Below are positions 1-14,439 of a stretch of 64,000 nucleotides of DNA, piece after piece. The stretch is from the NCBI RefSeq assembly GCF_006345805.1, contig NC_043014.1, positions 27,714,001 to 27,778,000 of the forward strand. The letters are read 5' to 3'. The first letter of the stretch is position 1; the number at the start of each line of letters is the position of its first letter. Made by a program: the position numbers and the translations under genes. The notes below the pieces were generated by a model. The model saw only the letters and a list, made by a program, of their open reading frames with translations, did no database searches and was not told where the DNA came from. Origin of the DNA: Octopus sinensis. Taxonomy: Eukaryota.

Positions 1-185
1 TTCTGAATCTTGAAGAAGATATTTTCTTACATGTTACTCCAGTCTACCCAACTGAAATGGATAGCAGTCAAGTGCTTGTGTAGCCCTCTCCTACTCCAGA
101 CATCACATCATGAATGTCCTGATGGGTCAGTGGAGGGTTGAGAAGGCATCTTTGGTTTGCTCATGATAGCATGTTAAAGAATTAC

Positions 186-1100
<915 letters not shown>

Positions 1101-1934
1101 TAAAGAGTAATGTCTCCTGTGATACAAGAGACAACAATGTACAAAGGAAGTTGGTTACAGTAAAGGGACACTTGTTTTAACTATTGTTATAGAACTTGTG
1201 CATAAGATATGATTTCATGAAATATATTTTAAATGCTATTTTTTTTTTAAAGTTAAAAATATTTTTTACTTATGATTGTAATTCAGTAACACCCCACCCC
1301 ATTTTTTCCCCCTGAAAATCTGTCTACTTTTACATACAATCATACAGTCACATATACACACTAACATATGTACATACATATTTGAATTCGTAGAGTTGAA
1401 ATAGCTGGTTAGGATGTTATACTTGGATTGTGCTTCATTTAGGTTTGGAGTTCATATTCCACAGTTGAAAATACTTTTTATTGATTTTATTCCTTCAAAA
1501 GGTGGTAGAATTGTTAGCATGCTGGACAAAGTGCTTGGCAGCATTTCAACCATCTTTTTGAATTCAAATTTTGCTGAGGCTGACTTTGCCTTTTTTTTTT
1601 TTTTTTTGAATCAGTAAAATAAGTACCAGTTGAGTATTAACCGTTCCTTCAAAATTTCAGGCACAAAGCATGAAATTTTGAAGGAAGGGTTAGTTGAATT
1701 TTGTAGTTGAAAAGACTAATTTTATTTCTTCAGTTGTTGATGCTGTTGTTACTGCTATCTTCAGTTACCATTGCTCAATATAATGAATTATGCCATGAAT
1801 AGATGTAACTGAGTTAAAGTGAAAAAACAACTTCCCAAACATTCAGTTTCTAGAATCAACCCACCTTTTTATATGTAGATATAACTCATCTAGTGTGCTG
1901 GTCTGGAACACATAAATCATTTTAAAGTCATTAT

Positions 1935-2300
1935 AAAGGCAGATAATTGGCAGAATCAGTAGAATATTGGACCAAATACATTGTGGCACCTGGCTACATC
2001 CTTTTACATTCTGAGTTCAAATTGACCCCATGACCACTTTGCCTTTCATCCATCTGAAATCAATAAAATATGTGCTCAGGTAATCAATTATAGGAAGTTG
2101 TGTCCTAGAATGGCCACATTTGAATCACTGAAATCAATAAAAAGAATAAGAGAATATGATTAGGCAAAACTGTGTAGTTAAGAAGTTTTGTTTGCAGCCA
2201 CATGGTTTCAGGTTCAGTCACATTGTATGTGACCTAGGGTACATTTCTTATACTGTAGCCTCAGATGACCCAATATATTGTGAAATTTGGTAGATAAAAA
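1935..2300 (+). mobile_element. Two decayed tRNA-derived SINE fragments
   Basis: ggcagaatcagtag...ttctgagttcaaatt...ctttgcctttcatcc resembles the intact SINE at 12367; gtagttaagaag...ggtttcaggttcagtc...tttggtagat resembles the SINE at 63609. Confidence 0.65.
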
Positions 2301-2497
2301 TTCTCAGAAAAGGGACCAGACATTCTGCTGGAAATTAGCATTCTATCCAAGGGGAGAGATTTATGTCACAAAGTCTTAATGTCAGAGAAACTAGAGCTAA
2401 GCATTTTATCAGTTGCTTGATTTGTAGATTCCATATAATGTGTGTTTGTCTCAGTTAAGTCAACATACTTAAAAATATGGTCGGTAATTATAAATTG

Positions 2498-2536
<39 letters not shown>

Positions 2537-3524
2537 ATCAATTTGCTATCTAGCCAGTTGACTTTGATATTGCAGTATTTTCTAGTAGAGCATCATTAAA
2601 CCTAGCTAGTCTATTATTTGTTTCCAGATAACCTCTGATTAAGCAGACCTATTATCAAAGACCATCATTTTTTCTCCTCTCAAATATAGTTTATCTATGA
2701 CTAAAGTATCTAAGGTAAGAGATTTTGCTGTTGTTTCTAGCAGTTCAAGAAACTGCATAATGGTCCAATGCAGCAATCAAATCAGAGCTCCTTTGTTAGC
2801 TCATGTATCTATGACAGCAGCATAATCTTGTTATATCTGGAATGACCTTGGTGTGAAACAAAATTTCACATCTTGCTTTTTATTTATTTATTTATTTTGA
2901 TATCCTTCATATGAATTAGAAATATATTCTGTTGCTGGCAAGATCAGATTCAAGAAGAGTTATTTACCTTACCCAAAGGCTGTATTATATAGCTTTCATT
3001 TTATAACTATATGGTTATTACTCTAGCATATTAACTTCAGTAAGTATATACATCCATACAATATACATATATATATATATACTTGGGGTGCTGTATTAGT
3101 TGGCACAATTGTTTTTACAGTTGCATGCACCCCTTAATGCTAATCACTCTCAATCATAAAACAAGTCTGTTCATATTTCATTTCTTCTTTTTTTTTGTTC
3201 AGTCAGGCCAGTGGGGGGGGGGGGGGCACCAGGATGAAAAATCCTTGTTTGGCAGAATGCAACAGTAATAACAGCTTATGGTCAGTAGCCCAACATAACT
3301 ACACCCACACCACCATTCACCCCATCCACACACATACCTTTGTATGTGTGAATATAGACATACATACATGCATACATATTTATTCAAATATTCAGTTCAT
3401 CACTACTCTCAAACAAATTACTTCTGTTATATATTTTGAGTACTCTTTCTGTCCTTTGATTTCAAAATTTAGAAACATCTCCATGTTTTTCTCTCTCTCT
3501 CTCCTGTGTGTGTGTGTGTGTATA

Positions 3525-3555
<31 letters not shown>

Positions 3556-4656
3556 AAATTCAAATTAAATTGTTAGGAGACAAAAAGTCGTATACATTTT
3601 ATGTGTGTGTGTGTGTGTATGTATATATATATATGTGTGTGTGTGTATATAGTTACCAGAGGTGTTTGGGGAAACATTGCTTTTGTTTGAAACATTTATT
3701 TACAACTTTTCATATTTATTATTAAAAGGAATAAAAAAGATAAAATATGAAACATTATTAAAAAGAAAAGGCAAAGAAACATTGAAATATGAATTATCAA
3801 CATTTTATTTGAATGTTATCAGATGTACAGCAACTGAAATTAGAAACAGTTCAGACTTTATATCCCAGTGCCTCTACTGTGTGTAGGGATTATGCAATTT
3901 GTCTTTAACAACTGATATTATGACTTTTGTTGGGGAGGGAGGTGACAGAGAGTCTGTGAAATTGTAAAAAAAACAAACAATAACATTATTAGAAGAAAAA
4001 GGAAAGGACAAGAACTTTATACAAAGTAGCACAGATGCTGTAAAGATCTATATTTGAGACTTGTGTACATACATATATATATATATATGCATGTAGAGTG
4101 TACGTAAAAGAACTTCATTTTGGCTGTAACCTATATCTCTCATGTGTCATTCAATGGTTATTATCGCTCAAGTCCTGAAAGAGACAAAAAAAAAAAAAAA
4201 TGTGTGTGTGTGTGTGTGCATGTACATCAGAGTTTAACTGAGCTGAAATTCTCTTCTAATTTCATATCTTTTGTATAATACTTTGGTCCTTCAGAAATGT
4301 TTTAATGAAAATGTCTGGAATTTTGTAATAAAAAACATAAATAAATACGTAAAAACAAAAAGAGACAATATAAAAATTAATAAATAATTAAATCAATCGA
4401 CTGAAGTATCTTCATCGGTATTTCATCAACAGTGTTATATATGGGATTCTACATGATTGGTAGCATGCATTTTTTTCCACAAAATCCTAATTATTATTCT
4501 ACCATCCCAACTTATGTCATTTTTCAGAAATTCTTCTTTTGCTCCTGGTCTAAGGATAATTTCAGAAGCTCTTCTTCACCGTTTTACTGATTTATTTCCT
4601 TGACAAAATTTTGTAAAATCTAAAGGAAACTATCCCACTCAGCCAAAAGGATTTAA

Positions 4657-4872
4657 CCCCTAAGCCTTTGAACTGGCCTTATCCAGCCAAAATATTCTGC
4701 CTGTTTTATGTTCTAAACTGTCCAGATCTGGCCTCTCACTTCTACCCTACAATTACATTCTAAAAATAAGCAATCATTAAAATTTTGAAGTTACAAGACA
4801 ATCCATGATTAATTCAAAACAATGTGAATAAATAAGCATCACCTTTAACAGAGTAATTTGAATGCTAAAGAG
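4657..4872. mobile_element. piggyBac-type MITE (TTAA TSD)
   Basis: ttaa|cccctaagc ... gctaaagag|ttaa; degenerate short TIRs with TTAA on both sides. Confidence 0.55.
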
Positions 4873-5367
4873 TTAATAGAAATGTGCACCTTGTAACACC
4901 TAGGCTCTTGATGGGGATATAAGAATTTTGGGGGTTCCCACACGAAAAAAATAATAAATTGGAGATCCACAATAGTACTTTAAGAGTCCCTGAAAAAATT
5001 TTGCTTTAGATGTATGAGTTGATATATATTGCAAGAAACAGCTGAGTTTCTTTCTCTAATGTTTTCCATAGTTCAACCTACACATTTTTGTGAAAAACAA
5101 AATAGGAATTTTGAAAGAAATTTCTATAAAACTAATTTTTAAACATCAAATGGCTATGGGGGCCCACCAAGGAGTTCATAGATTTTAAAAAATGGTTCAG
5201 AACCCCCGGCATAAAGTCAGTGTTTGACAGAAAATTTGTTTAAATTTCCTGTAAATTCATTTTGAATTCATGCACCAAGCTCACTGGTCTTATATGTGAT
5301 TGATTGTGTATTTTTAACTCTATTATGAAACTGTGTTAGTTCACAAGTGACTCTACTAATGTATATA

Positions 5368-7320
5368 TCATCATCATCGTCATATTTTGACTGTTTTCCA
5401 TGCTGGCATGGGTTAAATGGTTTGGCAGGAACTGACTAGTCAAAAGACTGCACCAAGCTCTGTTGTCTACTTTGGCATGGTTTCTATGGTGAGGTGTCCT
5501 TCTTAATGCCAGTTACTTTACAGAGTGTACTAGGTGCTTTTTATGTGGTACCTGCAGCAGTGAGGTCACCAAGTAACTTGCAAGACAAAAACTCCTTCAA
5601 TTGAGAGGGGAATAGTATTGAGAGACAGAAAAAGATGTCTTGTGATAGAGCGATGGTGAAGATGTAACAGACAGGTGTACATCCAAGATATAGTGATTGG
5701 AGAGGATGAGTAGGTGAGTAAGCTCAAGAGATTTGCAAAAAGAGAGAGGGAGATGGAAGGAGAGGGAATGTGATGAGTGGGCACCGGTAGAGGGAGACAG
5801 TATTAGGAGAGATATGTTGTGGGGAAGAGATTTGATGGACATTTTGTGCTGAGAAGTTTGTGAGGGGGAAATGGGTTGTGGGGAGAGATTTGTTGAGACA
5901 GATTGTGTCAGTGGAAGGCATAAACATAAAGGACATGCCTCTATGGCCTCAATTTTACTTTGCTGGATGGGTCTTCTCAAGCACAGCAAATTGCCAATTG
6001 TCTTAATCCTTTATCATCTCTGAGGCTCAGTATCTGAAGATCATTTTTCACTGCTTTGTCCCACATTTAGTGATTGGCATTTCTTTATGCAGCTATCTTC
6101 ATCCATACACATCAGATGACTGTACCAGCATAGAATTCTCTCTTGTACACTACATTTGATGCCTCTTAAACCCAATTTCCTTTTCAAAACATTTACTTTT
6201 TGTTTTATGTGCATGCTGACATTGCACATCCTGGAGAATATGCTGGCTTCATTTCTTTCAAGCCTTTGCATGGCCTCTGCATTCACAGCCCATCTTTCAC
6301 TGCCATATAGCATAGCTGTCAGCACACATGCATCATACTATCTGCTTTTCACTCTGATAGAGAGGCCCTTTGTAACAAACAAAAGTAATAGCTCTGAACT
6401 TTGCCCAGCCCATTCTTATCCTATCAACTGTACTTTCAGAGCAACCTCCTCCACTGCTAACTTGGTTGCCTGGACATTTGGAGGAAACCTGTACATTCTT
6501 GGTGTTCATTGTACCTTCACCTGCCACACAAAGACTACTTTCTCTGTTAACCTTTCTGCAATACTGCTGCAACTTTTATGTATCCATAGCCTGCACTGAG
6601 AACACTATGGAATTTCTATGTATACCTTTCATACACATTGAGCATATTAATCCTGAATGGATTAGTAATTTGTATTTTCCTGTTTACTAGTACTTTGGTT
6701 TGCTAAATTAACTCGAAGGACTTTTGATTCCAGTCTTTGCATCCACACCTGAAATTTCTTCCCTAACTAGTAGAGATTTAGCTCTAAGAACAAAGTCACT
6801 GACATGGTGGAGCTCCCATGAGCAGCAGTCTTAAATTTCTCTGTTATAACCTGGTGGATTATGATAAACAAAGGGGATGGGAACCAATCCTTGGTGAACT
6901 ACCTGCACGTTGAAATCATTGCTGACTTTCATCTTACTGACAGCATATCTTGAATGGCTCTCACTAACACTCATCTACCCCTAACTGATCACCAGATGAG
7001 GGAACAATAGACCCTGCCAAAGTCTTTCTCAATGTTGACAAAGGCTAAGTACAGCAGTTTATTCTTCACTAAATACTTCTACCTTACTAGGAAATAGCAT
7101 CAGTAGCATCTGCCTACCAAATCTCCCTGTCACAAAACCAAACTGCATCCAGTCTACATTAACACTCTTCCTAATTATTTGAGCTATAACCTTTTCTGAA
7201 CTCTCATTTTGTCTAAGGCATCTCCTTTATCTTTGTAGCAGTTCACTATAATGCTACTACACCTGTTGTTAGGTATGACCTCTTCCTCAACAACATTGAT
7301 TAACTAACTGTATGGGTGAC
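5368..7320 (-). mobile_element. RTE-clade LINE, 5'-truncated and decayed (RT C-terminus, 3'UTR, (GAT)n tail)
   Basis: Minus-strand peptides MQFGF, VHQG, RIRMGWAKF, MLYGSERWAV...LERNEAS...RGIKCSVQERILCWYSHLMCMDED; tail reads (gat)n at 5368-5382. Confidence 0.85.
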
Positions 7321-7368
7321 TAGCTCATATTCACTCTAATATGTACACATATATTCCTTCTTTTATTC

Positions 7369-7586
7369 TTTTTACTTGTTTCAGTCATTTGACTGCAGCC
7401 ATGTTGGAGTACTGCCTTGAAGGGTTTTAGTCAAACAAATCAACCCCAAGACTTACTTCTTAAGCCAAGTACTTATTCTATCGGTTTCTTTTTCCAAACT
7501 GCTAAGTTACAAGGACATAAACACACCAACACTGGTTGTCAAGCAGTAATGGAGGGGACAAACACAAGCACAAAGACACACACACA
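7369..7586 (-). mobile_element. SINE 3' half
   Basis: tttacttgtttcagtcatttgactgcagccatg...acacaccaacactggttgtcaagc is the reverse complement of the 3' half of the SINE at 63609-64000. Confidence 0.8.
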
Positions 7587-7588
7587 TA

Positions 7589-9098
7589 CACCCAAAACCA
7601 CACTAATAGCTTAGGAGTGATATTTAGGATTTCTCAGGTTTTTTGTGAATCGATTTTGTTACAGCTTTTCCCAGCTGGTTTGCACACTATCGCAACACCA
7701 TTGTTATGTTTTCATTATTCTGTGTAACGGCCTTTATTTTTATTTCAGATTCTTCAGTTTTTGGGTGAATTACACTTATAGCTTTTGAATGAAAATAGCC
7801 CATCTAGACATTTTTGTTTTTCAGAAAATGAAGGGTAATGATACATATTAAGCATACATTGAGTCTATATTTAACAGAAAACCATAATAATATTATAACA
7901 TTTATTGACATAATGAATTATTTAGCCACATGAGTGCCATTTCGACAGATAACTTCCTATTAGTTACGGAATCTGTTGATTTCTTAATAGTAGCAGGTAC
8001 GACTGCCTCTGCTGCAGCTTTGATGGTTGCCCATAAGACATCTTTTGACATAAATTGGTGTCTATTAGCATAAACATCTTGTTTAATGATGGACCAAAGA
8101 CTTTTGATAGGGTTGAAATCTGGAGATGATAGTAGCTACACCATCAACCTTTCACCTTGTATGTTGTAAGACCTTAAGAATGTTTGGGTGGTCCTAACAG
8201 AGTGGGAGGGAGTGTTGTTATGCATGAATACGAGATTCCTTAGAAGTGACAGCAGTATGTAATCTATCCAAGGATCCAAGACCTCCTTCAGGAGGCGGCT
8301 GTGGTCACTTTAACCTCTTCAGGCACCCTGACTGGGCCAACAAGTCTGTCCCCAATGATACCAGCCCACAACATGACTCCTCCACCCTGTTGTTGACATC
8401 GTAAATGTTGGTGATGCTCATCTCCAAAATAGACACAAGCCCAACCGTCAGGTTCATCAAGGGTCGCCCTGGTTTCGTTAGTGAACAGAACACAAGTCTA
8501 ACGTCATGTACTTTTTGGCCTATTGAAGCCTCAAACTCCTGTGGGGAGGCAGTTTCAGGGATTCTCACATGGAAGCCATGGTCCTGAGGATGCAATTTCT
8601 GGTGGTTTTCAGTACATGAGGAAGTCTGGAGGTGATGGAAATGGCTTTGCTTGATTGTCCAGGTTTCCCATGTAATTTGTGGCCAATATTCCTTAAATCC
8701 CCAGCTGTTCCAGTCTTGGAGGTCCCACAATTAGATTGTTTCTTCCTTAGCACTCGTGTGGCTAAATAATTCATTATGTCAATAAATGTTATAATAATAA
8801 TATGGTTTTCTGTTAAATATATACTCAATGTATGCTTAATATGCATCATTACCTTTCATTTTCTGAAAAAAAAAAAATGTCCAAATGAGCTATTTTCATT
8901 CAAAAGCTGTAAGTGTGGTTCACCCAAAAACTGAAAAGTTTGATATAAAAAAAGAAAGGACTTTACACAGAATAATGAAAACATAACAAGTGTTGCTATA
9001 GTGTGCAAACCAGCTGGGAAAAGTTTTATCAAAATTGATTCACAGAAAACCAAGAAATCTTAAATATCACTCCTAAGCTATTAGTGTGGTTCTGGGTG
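7589..9098 (-). mobile_element. Tc1-family DNA transposon, DD37E (TRT-like) pseudo-transposase, ~350-bp terminal inverted repeats, TA TSD
   Basis: Inverted arms 7589-7937 and 8750-9098, flanked by TA. Minus-strand peptides VLFTNETRATLDEPDGW, QQGGGVMLWAGIIG and FMHNNTPSH...PDFNPIKSLW; 37 residues separate the D2 and E positions. Confidence 0.9.
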
Positions 9099-9120
9099 TA
9101 GATATATAAATATATATATA

Positions 9121-9170
9121 CTAGCTGACATACCTGGTAATTCTCAGAAAAGCAGAGCTTATGCCTTGGT
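9121..9170 (-). mobile_element. Helitron-like 3' terminus (degenerate hairpin + CTAG)
   Basis: Minus strand reads ttctgagaattaccaggtatgtcagCTAG|t, similar to the Helitron ends at 43329 and 49873. Confidence 0.45.
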
Positions 9171-10384
9171 CCCATTCTCATAATTGTTTCACTAATCCAA
9201 TAGCAATGATACAAAGTATGTATCACTTGAAATGGTTTTTGTGCATTTACAGAGAATATGAAATCATCTTACATAAGATCTTGCTTTTAGGAAATTCCAA
9301 TAAGTTATGGATACCAAAATTGTGGAGTCAGTTACATAATAACATGCAAATTAGTTACACAATAGTAACAATTCAAATAAAGTAGTCCTGAAAAGAGCTT
9401 TAATGCGTTCCCAGAGTATATAGAACTTGGGAGGAAATACCAGTAAGGTATGTATACCATAATCGTAAAGCATGCTACATAATAACAGGCAAATTAGATA
9501 TGAGATAAGTAAATCTGAAAAGGGCTTTTGTGTGTTCCCAGTGAATATAACCCTGAGGAGGGCTAATGTTGAAATAGATTTCCAATGAATGTAGAAGCAG
9601 ACTGACATTTAGTAGACTTGGCTGAAGTGACATGAAAGCAGCTTCATTCATGGTATATTCGAAATAGGTGGATCTATTGTTGAAAATATGTTTACTTGTT
9701 TAAGGGTTATTCTGGGTAAAGTGTGAAAATAACCCTTACAGTTCAAATACTAAGAAATAAACATACTCAACTTGATTTATACCAAATAAAATGTAATATT
9801 TTGAGAATTTTTTTCATGGTTGCCATGGACACAGTATGTTAATGGTAAAATTTGTAAATAAGTTGTGATATTGATATCTCCATAAACCATGGTCTAATTT
9901 TACTGAAATTTGTTTTAAATGGTAGATCTTAGGTAGGTCTATGAAATGCCATTAAATTTATATATTGACTTAGGACAGGGGTTAGATTGATACTGAACTC
10001 ATAGACCTTGTCTGACAACTTCTTGTAAGGACGTCCATATAATGTAGAATGCACACGCATTTATACAACGTAACCACTGGTGACCGGTTACTCTAATGAT
10101 ATTGCTTCTCTAATAAATGGAGGGAGAAATGACCAGTGGGCAAAAGAGAAAATTAAAGAAAGATGAATGGGTTATTTCCCCTTGGCCATTAAAAGAAAGT
10201 AGATGGGTCGTATTTGGACCCCTTCTAGGGGCCCTAGCTGTCGAATTAGATTGCAATGAGCCTAGTAATAAACTGGATGTTGGTTTAACATGTATGCAAA
10301 GTTTCAGGAAGATTTGTCAATGGGTGTAGACAGTAATTTGACACAACCAAACAGATTGCCTTTTATATATGTATAGATATATAT

Positions 10385-10857
10385 AACAGGCTTCTTTCAG
10401 TTTCTGTTTGCAAGATCCACTCACAAGGCTTTGGTTGACCCAAGGCTACAGTAGAAGACACTTGCCAAAGGTGTCACATCGTGGGACTGAACCTGGAGTG
10501 ATGTGGTTGGAGAACAATATATCCTTTTTCTATATCTTTATTTTTTACTTGTTTCAGTCCTTGTTGGGGCACTACTTTGAAGGGTGTAAACAAACAGCTT
10601 CACTTCTAGTATTATATATTCTATCAGTACCTTTTTAGCAAATCTCTAAGTTATAGGAATGTAAACACACCAGTTGTCAACCAGTAGGGTGGAGGCAAAC
10701 ACAAAGATACATATATAAGTATATACATAAATGATGAGCTTCCACACAATTTCTGTCTCTCAAATCCATTGAAGGTATTGATAAGCATGAAGCTGTAATA
10801 GAGGACACTAGTCCCAGGTGCCATTGAAAACAAATTTCTTACACACAGCTATGCCCA
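10385..10857 (-). mobile_element. Two adjacent SINE copies (a 5' half at 10385-10515 and a near-full copy at 10543-10857)
   Basis: Reverse complement of the 63609-type SINE: atccactcacaaggctttggttgacc, gacacttgcc, ttacttgtttcagtc. Confidence 0.75.
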
Positions 10858-11253
10858 CACCTATGTATATATCTTCCACATGATGATATACAATGCATTT
10901 CACAATCTGGTCACACTGAGAGAGGAAAGCTAAAACAACAGAGTGGGAGTGAATGAAAGTCAGAAATGGTAAATGCAAGTGAACTGAAGTGAGGTTTTAC
11001 TCTGATGTCATTGGTATTTTAATCAAAATGAAACTGCAAATTTTTATTGTAAACAAGAAAGAATTGCCCATGTCAAATTTGTATGTATAGATTTAATTTA
11101 CCAATTTCATGCAAACACACACACACACATACATACACATATGAAATTAAACTCTTCCTTTTCAAAAATCATCCATGTAACTTATATGCATACATATACA
11201 TACATGCATACACACACACACACATAAATATATATGAATATGCACACATATGT

Positions 11254-11291
<38 letters not shown>

Positions 11292-11319
11292 CATACATGC
11301 TTATATATATATATAAATA

Positions 11320-12975
11320 TACAATTTGAAAATAGGATAAAATCTTCATAAGAATTTATCAAGTAGTTAGCGTGAAAAACCTCATAAGAGAAAAAAAAAG
11401 CCGTCAATTTTTTTTTCCTTTAAATTTATTTATATTATATAGAGGGCATTATTACACATAGATGCCTCACGCTAGGAGGAACTCTTAAAGTCAAAACTAC
11501 TAAAATAAACACATCATACCGAAACAATTCTCGAAGCAGGTCATTTAAAAACAGAATTTAGCCGCATATCACACTGTGATTTCGTAATCGGTGCAGTTTT
11601 ATGCACTTTTTACTCTTCAGTGCAAGCATAATTCAAGATATATAATGAATAAACAAAAACAACATACCAAGCAACAGCTATCGTATCCAACGCAGCATGT
11701 AGGAATGTTTACCCCTTACACATCTATATAAATGGTGGGCTTTTTCGAATTGCATTTCGGTAACAACGTGCTTATTCAGAATATAAATTCATTATTGAAT
11801 ATACTCCGGTTAAATTTACAATTTAAAAATAGGATAAAATCTTCATAAGAAAAACCTCATAAGAGAAAAAAAAACCCATCAGTTTTTTTCCTTTAAATTT
11901 ATTTATTTATATTATATAGAGGGCACTATTACACATAGATACCTCATGCTAGTTGGATACAATAGCTGTTCGCTTGGTATGTTGTTTTGTTTATTCATTA
12001 TACATCTTGAATTATGCTTGCACTGAAGGGTAAAACATGTATAAAGCTGCACCGATTACGAAATCACAGTGTGATATGCAGCTAAATTCTGTTTTTAAAT
12101 GACCTGCTTCGAGAATTGTTTCGGTATGATGTGTTTATTTTAGTAGCTTTGACTTTAAGAGTCCCTCCTAGTGTGAGACATCTATGTGTAACAGTGCCCT
12201 CTATATAATATAAATAAATAAATTTAAAGGAAAAAAATTGATGGCTTTTTTTTCTCTTATGAGGTTTTTCACGCTAACTACTTGATAAATTCTTATGAAG
12301 ATTTTATCCTATTTTTAAATTGTAAATTTAACCGGAGTATATCCAATAATGAATATATTCAATAAAGGCGGTGAGTTGGCAGAAATGTTAGCACGCCGGG
12401 CTATATGCGTAGCTGCATTTTGTCTGCCGTTACGTTCTGAGTTCAAATTCCGTCGAGGTCGACTTTGCCTTTCATCCTTTCGGGGTCGATAAATAAAGTA
12501 CCAGTTACGCACTGGGGCCAATGTAATCGACTTAATCACTTTGTCTGTCCTTGTTTGTCCCCTCTATGTCTAGCCCCTTGTGGGCAATAAAGAAATATAT
12601 ATTCAATAATTAATTTTTATTCTGAATAAACATGTTGTTACTGAAATGCCATTCGAAAAAGCCTGCCATTTACATAGATGTGTAAGGGGTAAACATTCCT
12701 ACATGCTGCATTGGATACGATAGCTGTTCGCTTGGTATGTTGTTTTTGTTTATTCATTATATATCTTGAATTATGCTTGCACTGAAGAGTAAAAAGTGCA
12801 TAAAACTGCACCGAGTACAAAATCACAATGTGATATGCAGCTAAATTCTGTTTTTAAATGACCTGCTTCGAGAATTGTTTCGGTATGATATGTTTATTTA
12901 TTTTAGTAGTTTTGACTTTAAGAGTCCCTCCTAGCATGAGGCATCTATGTGTAATAGTGCCCTCTATATAATATA
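11320..12975. repeat. ~497-bp unit repeat: ~1.3 units forward, then ~2 units inverted
   Basis: aataggataaaatcttcataaga at 11331 and 11828 (period 497). Orientation flips at 11952/11953 (ttggatacaatagctgtt is the reverse complement of ~11667-11690) and the inverted unit recurs at 12711. Confidence 0.9.
12367..12596 (+). mobile_element. Young, full-length tRNA-derived SINE with 13-bp TSD
   Basis: Head ggcggtgagttggcagaaatgttagc, B-box-like gagttcaaattcc, tail aataaagaaat; TSD atatattcaataa at 12353-12365 and 12597-12609; CpGs retained. Confidence 0.92.
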
Positions 12976-13033
12976 TATATATATATATATGTACACACAC
13001 ATACATGTACGAACATACATTCTATACTCTCAG

Positions 13034-13170
13034 AGTGGTTGGTGTTAGGAAGGGCATTGAGCTATAGAAAATCATGCAAAATCAGACTGGAGTCTGGTGC
13101 AGTCCCCCAGCATGCCAGCCTAGTCAAACTGTCTGGACAATGGACGTTAAATGATGATGATGATATGATG
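13034..13170 (+). mobile_element. RTE-type 3' tail fragment
   Basis: gagtggttggtgttaggaagggcat...ggacgttaaatgatgatgatgat, the same tail as the RTE copies. Confidence 0.7.
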
Positions 13171-13399
13171 AAAGCACTGGTTCAAGTGACTACAGTCCTG
13201 TCAGTACATATGTATACAACTATGTGCTTTAACTACAACATTAGAGCTTCTTAGCTCTTATTTCTAGCAATATAGTTGTTCTAACACCCTAGTCATATTT
13301 AGTGACAACTATAGTTTTCCTTTTTGGTAAAACATTGCACACTACACTCTATATTAAATTATTATTATATATGTATATACACATATACATCTCTATATA

Positions 13400-13597
13400 C
13401 AGTAATCCCTTGCCATATTGCGGTGCACCTATTGCACACTCAGTACATCATGGGTTTTTCTGGCTAATATATGTAAATTTATATTGTGTACTCCTCAGTA
13501 TATCCAGGTTTCTGTGGCTGATAAGTATTTATATTTTTTTTAGATTTTAATTATTTCTCTGGGAGGTTTTGGAACCGCGATAATTGAGGGATTACTG
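13400..13597. mobile_element. pogo/Tigger-like MITE
   Basis: TA|cagtaatccct ... agggattactg|TA; perfect 11-bp TIR and TA TSD. Confidence 0.85.
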
Positions 13598-13711
13598 TAT
13601 ACATAAATACACACATATGTGGCATGTGGTAAGAAGTTTGATTCTTGGACAAGTGTCTTCTACTATGGCTTTGGGCTGACCAAAACCTTGTGAGTGGATT
13701 TGGTGACCACT

Positions 13712-14405
13712 AACATTTTAGGGTGCAATGGTGGGTTTGGGTAGTGTTTAGGTGACTCTCCTGTATCTAATCACTGTCCTCTTCACCTGCTGTTGTCAAA
13801 AAGTATCCATTTCTCATCACAAGTAATGATTTGATGCAAAAACGGTCTTTTTCCAGTTGAGAAAGTGATAAGGAGCACACGTCAAGGTGTCTTTTTTTCT
13901 TTTTAATCTTGTTTAGTTGATGTGGAACAAACGTATCTGTTTTCTTGACTTTTCCAATTTTTTACAGGTGTCCAAAAACAGTTGTGCAAGATGTTTGGAG
14001 TTCTGATGAAAGTCTTTGAACCTTTATTCTTGGATTTTGTTCAACCAAAGCATTTAATCCATCATGCCAAATAACTGGTTTTAGCCTACCCTTTGGTTTA
14101 TCATCTCCTGAACAAGAGCTTTGGAACCATCTCTGAACAGTTCTAATGTCAACAAAACCATTACCAAAGTCCTGCTTGATATTCTGTAGAGCTTCTGCAG
14201 TAGAGTGACCCAGTTTGTACTCATACGAGAAAATCGCTCAACATAGTTTGCTTGTTATCATTTTCTGTGGGTACGAATTTTGTATATCAATATTGCTGGG
14301 AAAGAAAAAGAGTCAAGATTAAATGCAAGGTATACATAATTGAGTTTTTAAATGACTGAAATAACAAGCAATTAAAAATGCAACATTTCATGTGAAACAA
14401 CCTAA
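13712..14405 (-). mobile_element. mariner element, 5' part only (HTH domains, WVPHEL-like motif)
   Basis: TA|ttaggttgtttcacatgaaa terminus at 14405; ATG at 14261; peptides YEYKLGHSTAEA, LNALVEQNP, GKVKKTDTFVPHQL. Confidence 0.8.
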
Positions 14406-14439
14406 TATTTGGTACTATTCAAGTTACCATCAATTTTAA

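Noticed and set aside
3822-3909. Short open frame after an acceptor-like ttatcag (DVQQLKLETVQTLYPSASTVCRDYAICL*)
   Set aside because: No recognisable homology and no supporting upstream exons; expected by chance.
10117-10329. 70-aa ORF MEGEMTSGQKRKLKK...
   Set aside because: No motif recognised, no splice context, lies among repeats.
12367-12450. tRNA-like heads (also at 16130-16209 and 63609-63670)
   Set aside because: They are SINE 5' regions with A/B boxes followed by SINE bodies, not cloverleaf tRNA genes.
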